A stretch of DNA of 64,000 nt, taken from NCBI RefSeq assembly GCF_965279615.1, contig NZ_OZ257252.1:7956641-8020640 (forward strand). Direction: 5' to 3'. Below are positions 8,755-16,717 of the stretch, in pieces (positions within the stretch are counted from its first letter, which is position 1; each line of letters starts with the position of its first letter). This stretch comes from Runella sp. Its GTDB lineage: Bacteria > Bacteroidota > Bacteroidia > Cytophagales > Spirosomataceae. Under the pieces are notes generated by a model. It searched no databases. It was given only the letters and a program-made list of their open reading frames with translations, and was not told where the DNA came from. The translations under genes and the position numbers were made by a program.

Positions 8755-10317
8755 TTACCTGGCTTTAAGGAACACGAACGGCACAATCATTTCTTCAATC
8801 GAAACACCGCCGTGCTGGAACGTGTCGCGATACATATTTACGTATTGGTTGAAGTTATTGGGATAGGCGAAAAAGTAATCGCCCAAGGTGAAAACATACG
8901 CGGTTGAAACATTGAGTTTGGGTAAAAACAAACGTTCCGGGCGGCGACAAACATAAATATGATTGTTGTCGTCAAAGCCTAAATTTTTCCCTTGCTTGTA
9001 ACGTAAGTTAGTATTGGTTTCGCGGTAGCCTACGATCTTGACGGGTTTTTTAACGCGCGTCATGCCGTGGTCGGTGGTGATGATGATGCGTCCTTTTTTC
9101 TCAGCGATGCGTTGCAGAAAGTCCATGATTGGAGAGTGCTGAAACCATGACCGCGTGATGGAGCGATAAGCGGCCTCATCAGGAGCTAACTCCTTAATCA
9201 TCATCATGTCGGTGCGGGCGTGCGAGAGCATGTCCACAAAGTTAAAAACGATAACGTTCAGGTGATTTTTCCAAAGGTTGGGAAGGTTATCAACAAGCGC
9301 CTTTCCGTGGTTTTGATTAATGATCTTATTGTACGAAAACCGCACCTGCATTCGGTTGCGTTCAAATTGTTTCCGCAACAGGTCCTCTTCGTGTTTGTTA
9401 AGCCCTTCTTCCCCTTCGGGCGTGTTTTCATCGTTTACCCACCAGTTAGGGTATTGCTTTTCAATCTCGCTGGGCATGATTCCCGCAAAGATCGAGTTAC
9501 GGGCAAAGCCGGTGGTAGTAGGCAAAATGGAATAGTAAGAGGATTCTTCTTCGACCGTAAAAAACTCGGTCAACAAGGGTTCAACCACCTTCCATTGATC
9601 GTAGCGTAAATTATCGATCAAAATGAAAAACAACGGCTCGGTCTGCTTCATGAGCGGGAACACTTTACGCTTCATGAGTTGGTGAGATAAGACAGGTTTA
9701 TCGGCATTGGGATCATTGAGCCAATCTTCGTAGTTGTCCAATACAAACTTGCAGAAGTTGTTATTGGCTTCTTCTTTCTGGGTGGAAAGAATCTCTTCCA
9801 TGCTTTTGTCCTGCGTGTTCTCAAGTTCCAGTTCCCAGTATATCAACTTTTTATAGAGTTCAACCCACTCGGCATGGCCGATGCGGTCTTGGTATTGCAT
9901 GGCCAACTGCCGAAATTCCTGCATGTAGCTGATGTTGGTCTTTTCGCTGACCAAACGCTTATTATCCAGGATTTTTTTGACCGAAAGAAGGATCTGATTG
10001 GGATTAAGCGGCTTAATGAGGTAGTCGGCGATCCGTGAACCGATGGCCTCTTCCATGATACGTTCCTCTTCGCTTTTGGTGATCATGACCACGGGAAGGT
10101 TGGGACGCATTTGTTTTATTTGGGCCAAGGTTTCAAGGCCCGAAAGACCCGGCATATTTTCGTCCAAAAAAACGACATCGAATCGTTCGTGTTCTACTTT
10201 ATCAAGTGCATCAGAGCCACTGTTGACGGGAGTAATGGTATAGCCTTTGCCCGTAAGAAATAAAATATGTGGTTTTAATAGATCTATTTCATCATCTGCC
10301 CAAAGAATATTTGCCAT
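8755..10317 (-). CDS. porX: T9SS response regulator PorX (receiver + PglZ/alkaline-phosphatase domain)
   Basis: MANILWADDEIDLLKPH, receiver DENMPG, C-terminal LPTTT, DMLSHART, TTDHG and FQHGG motifs; about 520 aa. Confidence 0.92.
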   Translation of the reverse strand: MANILWADDEIDLLKPHILFLTGKGYTITPVNSGSDALDKVEHERFDVVFLDENMPGLSGLETLAQIKQMRPNLPVVMITKSEEERIMEEAIGSRIADYLIKPLNPNQILLSVKKILDNKRLVSEKTNISYMQEFRQLAMQYQDRIGHAEWVELYKKLIYWELELENTQDKSMEEILSTQKEEANNNFCKFVLDNYEDWLNDPNADKPVLSHQLMKRKVFPLMKQTEPLFFILIDNLRYDQWKVVEPLLTEFFTVEEESSYYSILPTTTGFARNSIFAGIMPSEIEKQYPNWWVNDENTPEGEEGLNKHEEDLLRKQFERNRMQVRFSYNKIINQNHGKALVDNLPNLWKNHLNVIVFNFVDMLSHARTDMMMIKELAPDEAAYRSITRSWFQHSPIMDFLQRIAEKKGRIIITTDHGMTRVKKPVKIVGYRETNTNLRYKQGKNLGFDDNNHIYVCRRPERLFLPKLNVSTAYVFTLGDYFFAYPNNFNQYVNMYRDTFQHGGVSIEEMIVPFVFLKAR

Positions 10318-10433
10318 AAGTAATATGTAAGATGGTTTGATTGAAAAAATAAGAAGGTGCTTGTATGGGAAAAAATCAAAACCCAAAATGTATCTCTCCT
10401 AACGACTTCACCTTTGATTAATTGTTTATTTAG

Positions 10434-10445
10434 TGACATTAATCA
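10434..10445 (+). promoter_or_regulatory. Possible Crp/Fnr-type site upstream of USP gene
   Basis: TGACATTAATCA (TGA-N6-TCA), same spacing as the cco sites. Confidence 0.4.
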
Positions 10446-10527
10446 GCAAACATAGCTGCCGATAATCATATTTTAAAACGTGGAAAGGAAGGAAATTTCG
10501 GTATGAACCAACATCTCCATTCAAACC

Positions 10528-11340
10528 ATGAAAAATATTCTTGTTCCTATTGATTTAAGCGATGTTTCTGAGTATGCACTTGAGGTGGCCGTAGCGATTG
10601 CCCAAAAACACGATGCCACTGTTATTTTGCTCAAACGCTTGATTTTTCCTACGTTGGAATATACAATGATCGACAATGATTTTTATGAAGATAAAGAAGA
10701 TTACTATCGTTATCTGACCCAAGAATCAAAAGACAGACTTAAAGATATGATTGACAGGCCAACCTGCCGGAATGTCGAATTCCGATTGAAAGTAGTGAGA
10801 CCGGAAGAATCGCTGGCCGATTCGGTAGCTAAACAAAAAGTCGATTTGGTCGTGATGGGATCTACGGGTGCAAGCGGTTGGAAGGAGTGGACAAAAGGTT
10901 CTAATGCCGAGCACGTTGTACGAAAAACTTCCTGCCCTGTATTGGTGGTAAAATCGCCGATAAGTGAGTTTCAAAATGTTGTTTTTGCTGTTGACTTTGA
11001 AAACGAAGAATTTTTTAAAACCTCTTCGACGCTGTTGGATACGGCAAAAATAAAACCTCATTTTGTGTACGTTGACAATGGTACAAAGCTGTTTGATGCG
11101 GATGTATTACGGGAGAGAGTCGGAAAATGGGTTTTTGAATTAGGGTATAGTTTTTACCACTTTGAAATTATCGAAGCCGATTCCATTGAAAAAGCGATCT
11201 TAAAGTACGCCGAAAAAGCGGACGCAGATATTATTGTGATGTATACGCACGGACGCAAGGGTTTTCAGCATTTTATCTATGGAAGCATTGCGGAAGATGT
11301 AGTAAATCACGCCAAAATGGCCGTAATGGTGAGTCATTAA
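10528..11340 (+). CDS. Universal stress protein (tandem USP domains)
   Basis: ILVPIDLS, DLVVMGSTG..G...GSNAEHVVR..CPVLVV, and second domain IIVMYTHGRKG...GSIAEDVV. Confidence 0.92.
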   Translation: MKNILVPIDLSDVSEYALEVAVAIAQKHDATVILLKRLIFPTLEYTMIDNDFYEDKEDYYRYLTQESKDRLKDMIDRPTCRNVEFRLKVVRPEESLADSVAKQKVDLVVMGSTGASGWKEWTKGSNAEHVVRKTSCPVLVVKSPISEFQNVVFAVDFENEEFFKTSSTLLDTAKIKPHFVYVDNGTKLFDADVLRERVGKWVFELGYSFYHFEIIEADSIEKAILKYAEKADADIIVMYTHGRKGFQHFIYGSIAEDVVNHAKMAVMVSH

Positions 11341-11367
11341 CGTATTAAATTTACTTTCCTGTTGTTT

Positions 11368-11404
11368 AAAAGAATGGTTGGCAGTTCCAACCATTCTTTT
11401 TTTA
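11368..11404 (+). terminator. Intrinsic terminator after USP
   Basis: AAAGAATGGTTGG-cagtt-CCAACCATTCTTT followed by a T-run. Confidence 0.8.
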
Positions 11405-11408
11405 TGCG

Positions 11409-11416
11409 TAGTTTTG
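11409..11416 (+). promoter_or_regulatory. Bacteroidota -7 element for pyrE
   Basis: TAGTTTTG about 30 nt upstream of ATG. Confidence 0.5.
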
Positions 11417-11444
11417 CGGACTTAAAACCATTCATAGATCGTTC

Positions 11445-12101
11445 ATGCAAACAACTGTAGCCGCCAATCGTCCGGATGTAGCTCGTCAAATCGCCGCTTA
11501 TTTGTTAAATATAGAAGCCATTCAACTTCGCCCCGAGCAGCCTTTTCAGTGGAGTTCAGGTTGGAAATCTCCCATTTATTGTGATAATCGTCTTTCATTA
11601 TCTTTTCCTGAAGTTCGTACCTATATCAAAAATTCACTTGCGGGTGCTATCAAAAGCAATTTTCCGGCGGCCGAACTGATCGCAGGTGTTGCTACCGCAG
11701 GTATTGCCCAAGGGGCATTGGTAGCCGATGTATTGCATTTACCTTATGCTTATGTGCGTCCCGAACCCAAAAAACACGGCATGGGCAATCAAATAGAAGG
11801 TCGTGTGTTGGCAGGTCAAAAAGTAGTAGTATTGGAAGATTTGATCTCGACGGGAGGAAGCTCACTTAAAGTGGTTGATGTGCTGCGCGAAGCAGGGGCC
11901 GATGTGCTGGGAATGATCTCCATTTTCACGTACGGCTTTTCGCTTGCTGACGAAAACTTCAAGCAGAAAAATGTACAATTGGTAACTTTAACAGATTATG
12001 ACAGTCTGCTTAAAGAAGCGCTTAAATTAGATTATATTGAATCAGGTCAATTGACTACGCTGAACAAATGGCGTGAAGACCCGGGAAGCTGGGGCGTGTA
12101 A
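11445..12101 (+). CDS. pyrE: Orotate phosphoribosyltransferase
   Basis: WSSGWKSPIYCDNR, VATAGI, KKHG, PRPP-binding VVLEDLISTGGS. Confidence 0.95.
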   Translation: MQTTVAANRPDVARQIAAYLLNIEAIQLRPEQPFQWSSGWKSPIYCDNRLSLSFPEVRTYIKNSLAGAIKSNFPAAELIAGVATAGIAQGALVADVLHLPYAYVRPEPKKHGMGNQIEGRVLAGQKVVVLEDLISTGGSSLKVVDVLREAGADVLGMISIFTYGFSLADENFKQKNVQLVTLTDYDSLLKEALKLDYIESGQLTTLNKWREDPGSWGV

Positions 12102-12116
12102 AACGTTTGAAATTGC

Positions 12117-13499
12117 TTGTCAGTTCTATCAAAACCGGAAATGGAATTCTTAAAAAAAGCCATCGAATTGAAAGCCGAATTGGATAAACTACGTCCAATT
12201 AATAAAGAGAAAGAGGCGGTAATAATGGATAAATTTCGATTGGATTGGAATTATCATTCTAACAAAATCGAAGGAAACAGTCTTACCTATGGCGAAACGA
12301 AGGCGCTTATTTTATTTGGAATTACAGCTCAGGGGAAGCCATTAAAAGACCATTTTGAAATAACCGGACATAATGAAGCAATTAAGTGGGTTGAAGAATT
12401 GGTTCATCAGGAAGTTCCTGTTACTGAAAATTTTATTCGCCAACTTCATAAACTTTTATTAAAAGAGCCTTATGAAGTTGAGGCTATTACTTCATTAGGT
12501 GAGCGTACGAAAAAACTTATACAAGTGGGTAGTTATAAAAATACTCCCAACCATGTATTGACTAAAACCGGCGAAATCTTTCGTTTTGCTACTCCTGAGG
12601 AAACTCCTTCTAAAATGTACGATTTAATAGTATGGCTTAGAAATAAACAAGCAGATAATGATCTCAATCCTATCGTATTAGCAGCAGAATTTCATTATAG
12701 ATTTATTAGAATCCACCCATTTGATGATGGAAATGGTCGTATTGCCCGGATTTTGATGAATCTGATTTTAATGCAAAATGGATTTCCTCCGATTATTATT
12801 AAAACAGAGGATAAAGCTTCATACTATTCAGTACTGCAACAGGCTGATGCCGGAATTCTTGAGCCATTTTTTGAATATATTGCACAGAATACAGTACGTT
12901 CATTGGAAACAATGATTCGAGGTGCAAAAGGTGAAAGCGTTGAAGAACCTGATGACTTAGATAAGGAATTGGCGTTGCTTGAGAGAAAATTAAAGGGTGA
13001 AATAGAGCAAATAAAAAGTATTAAAAACCGAGGTGAAATACGGGGAGTATATAGTCATTCATTGAAAATTCTTTTCAATGAGCTAATGATTGCCTGTGAA
13101 AAATTTAGGCGATTTTATAGGAGTATAAATTATGCGGTAATTTTAAATGAAAATTTATTTCAAGTTGCTTATGATGTTGATATACAAGGCCTTGTTATAA
13201 CAGAGCCAAATGGAGGAATTAAAGACATTAAATTGATGATAAGCAATAATATAGATAGTTTGTCATTTGTTTGCTCTTTTAGTGATTTTAAACAAATTGA
13301 AACTAAAGAACTTGTTTATGAAACCCGGATTGACGTTTATTTTAAATCTAATATTTATTTAGTTGGTAAATACAAAAAGGCCTTTCTTGAATTATTAACT
13401 GAAGCTGAAATCCAAACAATTACAACTAATGAATTCAAAAAGCATAAAGAATTTATAGAGGCAAAAATTAGAGAGATTCAAAAAAATGCAGGAAACTAA
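12117..13499 (+). CDS. Fic family protein (class II, N-terminal inhibitory helix) with C-terminal extension
   Basis: HPFDDGNGRIAR Fic motif; SNKIEG inhibitory motif; start may instead be the ATG at 12141. Confidence 0.9.
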   Translation: MSVLSKPEMEFLKKAIELKAELDKLRPINKEKEAVIMDKFRLDWNYHSNKIEGNSLTYGETKALILFGITAQGKPLKDHFEITGHNEAIKWVEELVHQEVPVTENFIRQLHKLLLKEPYEVEAITSLGERTKKLIQVGSYKNTPNHVLTKTGEIFRFATPEETPSKMYDLIVWLRNKQADNDLNPIVLAAEFHYRFIRIHPFDDGNGRIARILMNLILMQNGFPPIIIKTEDKASYYSVLQQADAGILEPFFEYIAQNTVRSLETMIRGAKGESVEEPDDLDKELALLERKLKGEIEQIKSIKNRGEIRGVYSHSLKILFNELMIACEKFRRFYRSINYAVILNENLFQVAYDVDIQGLVITEPNGGIKDIKLMISNNIDSLSFVCSFSDFKQIETKELVYETRIDVYFKSNIYLVGKYKKAFLELLTEAEIQTITTNEFKKHKEFIEAKIREIQKNAGN

Positions 13500-14250
13500 T
13501 CAATCAAGTTTTCATTCTCCTACTATTTTTCAACGCTTTCCCAACCTCGTTGCCGCTGAAAGTAAGCGACATGGCGGGGTGAGCGTTGCCCCTTTTTCTT
13601 CCCTCAACCTAGGGATAAATACCAACGATGAACCCGAAAATGTTCGCGAGAATCGTCGACTTTTCTTTGAAAAACTGGGCGTTTCCGAAAATACCTTAGC
13701 CTCTTCTTATCAAGTACATGGTGACACGATCCAACTGGTAACCGAACCCGGAAGAGCCGAAGGGTTTGATGCCCTTGTGACCAACGTCCCTGAGATCATG
13801 GTTGGCGTTACCGTTGCCGATTGTACGCCCGTACTTATCTATGATGCGCGTTGCGGAGTGGTTGGTGCGGTTCATGCCGGCTGGCGCGGTACGGTGTCGC
13901 AACTGGTCTATAAAACCCTCGAAACCATGCATGGGGAATACGGCACGGCTCCCGGCGATTGTTATGCCTACGTGGGAACCTGCATTGATGAATGCGCTTT
14001 TGAAGTGGGAGAGGAGGTAGCGGAGCAATTCCCCGACACATTCAAACGGTTTGACGCGGTCACTAAAAAGTTTTTAGTGGATCTGAAACGGGCCAATGCT
14101 GCCCAGTTAGAAAATTTTGGGATTCCGGCGGCACAGATAGAAATATCCCCTTATTCAACCATTACACACAACGCCGATTATTTCTCCTACCGATTGGAAA
14201 AAGGGCAAACGGGGCGAATGTTGGCCGTTATTGGAATGAAAAACAGCTAG
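13486..14250 (+). CDS. pgeF: Peptidoglycan editing factor PgeF/YfiH (multicopper-oxidase-like nucleoside phosphorylase)
   Basis: SLNLG, QVHG, ADCTPVL, AVHAGWRG, FSYR...GRM motifs. Confidence 0.92.
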   Translation: MQETNQSSFHSPTIFQRFPNLVAAESKRHGGVSVAPFSSLNLGINTNDEPENVRENRRLFFEKLGVSENTLASSYQVHGDTIQLVTEPGRAEGFDALVTNVPEIMVGVTVADCTPVLIYDARCGVVGAVHAGWRGTVSQLVYKTLETMHGEYGTAPGDCYAYVGTCIDECAFEVGEEVAEQFPDTFKRFDAVTKKFLVDLKRANAAQLENFGIPAAQIEISPYSTITHNADYFSYRLEKGQTGRMLAVIGMKNS

Positions 14251-14323
14251 CATAGTCGAATGCCTGTGCGCAATATTCCTGAAAAATAACAATTGGTTCG
14301 GCCCTTTCCGGTAATTTTACGCG

Positions 14324-15259
14324 ATGCAACAATCATCTTCTGTTAAACTCTGGGTCAATCTGGTCATTGTATATGTGATTTGGGGATCGACTTTTTTGGG
14401 AGTGCGCTATGCTATAGAAGTTCTTCCGCCGTTATTGACCAATTCCATTCGATTTTTACTGGGAGGAATCCTCTTTTTTATATTTACTCTTCTGAGAGGT
14501 TATTCCATTCCGACATTCAAACAATGGCTTTCGGCGGCTTGGATAGGGATGCTGCTAAGCGGAGTGGGCAATTGCGCGGTGGCCTATGCCATTGGTTTTA
14601 TGCCTACGGGCCTTGTGGCCCTGCTTGTCGCTACGCTGCCGGGCTGGATGGTAGGATTGGATTATTACTTTTTTGCCAAGCAAAAACCGTCGTGGCTCAC
14701 GGTGGTTGGTTTAGGAATTGGATTGGTTGGGATGTATATTTTATTAAATCCCACTCAGGGTTTGGCTCAACGCGAAATTCCCTTATTGCCCGCCTTTTTT
14801 GTCTTTGTGGGTTCGGTCACGTGGGCGTGGGGCTCTTTGCAGTCTCCTTATTTAGACATGCCTCCCCAAATGCAAACCACCGCTATTCAAATGCTCGGAG
14901 GAGGCGTTTTTTCATTGATAATGAGCTTGTTTCTGGAGCCTCATGGATTTTCAGCGTTGAAAAATATGACCGAACAAACGTACATAGCTGTTGCGTATTT
15001 AATCGTAATGGGTTCTTTTGTCGGTTATTCAGCCTACGTTTGGTTACTCCATCATGCACCGCCTACGCTGACGGCAACCTATGCCTACGTTAATCCTGTC
15101 GTTGCTATGATCTTGGGATGGATTTTTGTCAATGAAAAGCTAAGTACCCGTTCATTGATTGCTTCAGGCGTTGTCTTGACAGGTGTTGTTTTAATTACCT
15201 TTGGCAGAAGGGCTACGGTCAAGGCTGATAAAATGCGACAGGATGAACCAAGAAATTGA
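14324..15259 (+). CDS. EamA/DMT family transporter (YedA-like)
   Basis: VYVIWGST, 10 TM in two repeats, YAYVNPVVA. Confidence 0.9.
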   Translation: MQQSSSVKLWVNLVIVYVIWGSTFLGVRYAIEVLPPLLTNSIRFLLGGILFFIFTLLRGYSIPTFKQWLSAAWIGMLLSGVGNCAVAYAIGFMPTGLVALLVATLPGWMVGLDYYFFAKQKPSWLTVVGLGIGLVGMYILLNPTQGLAQREIPLLPAFFVFVGSVTWAWGSLQSPYLDMPPQMQTTAIQMLGGGVFSLIMSLFLEPHGFSALKNMTEQTYIAVAYLIVMGSFVGYSAYVWLLHHAPPTLTATYAYVNPVVAMILGWIFVNEKLSTRSLIASGVVLTGVVLITFGRRATVKADKMRQDEPRN

Positions 15260-15302
15260 AAGTCAGTATAATTCTATTTTCAAATAAAACCATACGCCAA
15301 CA

Positions 15303-15914
15303 ATGACTCGTAATGTAGCTATATTCTTATTTGATGAAGTAGAAGTACTTGATTTTGCCGGCCCTTATGAGGTTTTCAGCGTAACAGGATTGCGAACCTT
15401 TTCCGAAAAGCCTTTTCATGTCTACACTGTGGCTGAAAAATCTCCCGTTGTGGCACGCAACGGACTTACGGTTATTCCTGATTATTTGTTGGACAATTGC
15501 CCCCAACCGGAGATTCTGCTTATTCCCGGTGGCGGTGGCTATTCGCCGGAAGGTATACCTTTTGGGAGTCGCCGTGAGATGGACAATTCGGTGGTATTGG
15601 AATGGGTAAAAAAGCATGCTTCCAACGTTGAATTACTGCTTTCTGTTTGTACAGGCGCATTGATCTTGGGAAATGCCGGTCTTTTGGAAGGCCTAAAAGC
15701 AACTACCCATTTCAAGGCATTGGATGCTTTGCGAGCTATTTCTCCGGCCATTGAGGTAGTGGAAGGTGTTCGGTATGTAGATAACGGCAATGTAATTCTC
15801 TCGGCCGGCGTATCGGCCGGAATTGATATGTCTTATTATGTGGTCAGCAAACTTTTGGGAAAAGAAGTGGCCGATGAGGCAGCGCGCTATGCACAATATG
15901 ATTATTGGCAGTGA
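15303..15914 (+). CDS. DJ-1/PfpI family protein (isonitrile hydratase-like)
   Basis: EVLDFAGPYEVF, SVCTGA nucleophile elbow, ATTH, SAGVSAGID. Confidence 0.9.
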   Translation: MTRNVAIFLFDEVEVLDFAGPYEVFSVTGLRTFSEKPFHVYTVAEKSPVVARNGLTVIPDYLLDNCPQPEILLIPGGGGYSPEGIPFGSRREMDNSVVLEWVKKHASNVELLLSVCTGALILGNAGLLEGLKATTHFKALDALRAISPAIEVVEGVRYVDNGNVILSAGVSAGIDMSYYVVSKLLGKEVADEAARYAQYDYWQ

Positions 15915-16093
15915 CTGATGTGAGTCGTGGGAATGAGAAAGTGGGGCAGTATAGTTGTTCAAAATCAGACGTTTCTTGGACTCCGACATAGAAAAATAAC
16001 CGTTTTCGGGTGATTTTATTTGCTAATAATTGACTAATTTTATACTTTGTTACGTTTATTAATACGGAAAACCACTCTACAAACTTTTGAGAA

Positions 16094-16606
16094 ATGAAAA
16101 AATACATCTACGCCGCCTTATTTGTTACAACTGCTATGTTAGCAGGTTGTTCAAAAGCTGAGCCCGAACCCGAACCCGCCGAGCAAGTCATTGGAAGTTA
16201 TACGGTGGATAAACTTACCGAAGCTATCAAATATGCTTCTGCCTCATCAGAGTATGCCGAAACAACCAATTACCCGCTGAAAGGAACCACCAGCACGGGT
16301 ATAGGCTATGAAGTAAATGCGGTATTGGATGTTGCTAAAACTTCTTCGAATATGGTGACGGTGACTTTCACGGAAACGGCAAAATTGTCAAACGGTCAGA
16401 CCCAGAAGAACAATTCAGCTTTTACCGGCATTGAATTAAAGAAAATCGAAGGCTCTTCGGGTGAATTTGATATGCTGGATACAGGCGTTAAAATCGGTAC
16501 CATTGGTAAAAATGCGATCACCATTGAAGACGTATCCAACGACAAAGACAGCACGGGTGCGGCTTATACCTATACGTTCCGTATAACGGGTAAGAAAACA
16601 ATCTAA
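16094..16606 (+). CDS. Hypothetical lipoprotein
   Basis: Lipobox MLAGC, EPEPEP linker, beta-rich mature part. Confidence 0.75.
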   Translation: MKKYIYAALFVTTAMLAGCSKAEPEPEPAEQVIGSYTVDKLTEAIKYASASSEYAETTNYPLKGTTSTGIGYEVNAVLDVAKTSSNMVTVTFTETAKLSNGQTQKNNSAFTGIELKKIEGSSGEFDMLDTGVKIGTIGKNAITIEDVSNDKDSTGAAYTYTFRITGKKTI

Positions 16607-16631
16607 TTACAGTAAGAAGTAGTATAGCAGG

Positions 16632-16685
16632 GTTAGCAGTTGCGCAATTGACCGGAAGTTGCCCAGCTGCTGACTTTTTCTTTTT
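16632..16685 (+). terminator. Intrinsic terminator
   Basis: GTTAGCAGTTG...CAGCTGCTGAC stem followed by TTTTTCTTTTT. Confidence 0.7.
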
Positions 16686-16717
16686 ATTGCCTTTGAAGAT
16701 TCTTTAACTTAAACTAA

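Noticed and set aside
8755-10317. PglZ domain as part of a BREX defence system
   Set aside because: It is fused to a receiver domain with PorX signature sequence, and no brx/pglX genes are nearby
14380-15093. 237-aa alternative-frame ORF inside EamA
   Set aside because: Shadow frame of a well-supported gene; no motifs
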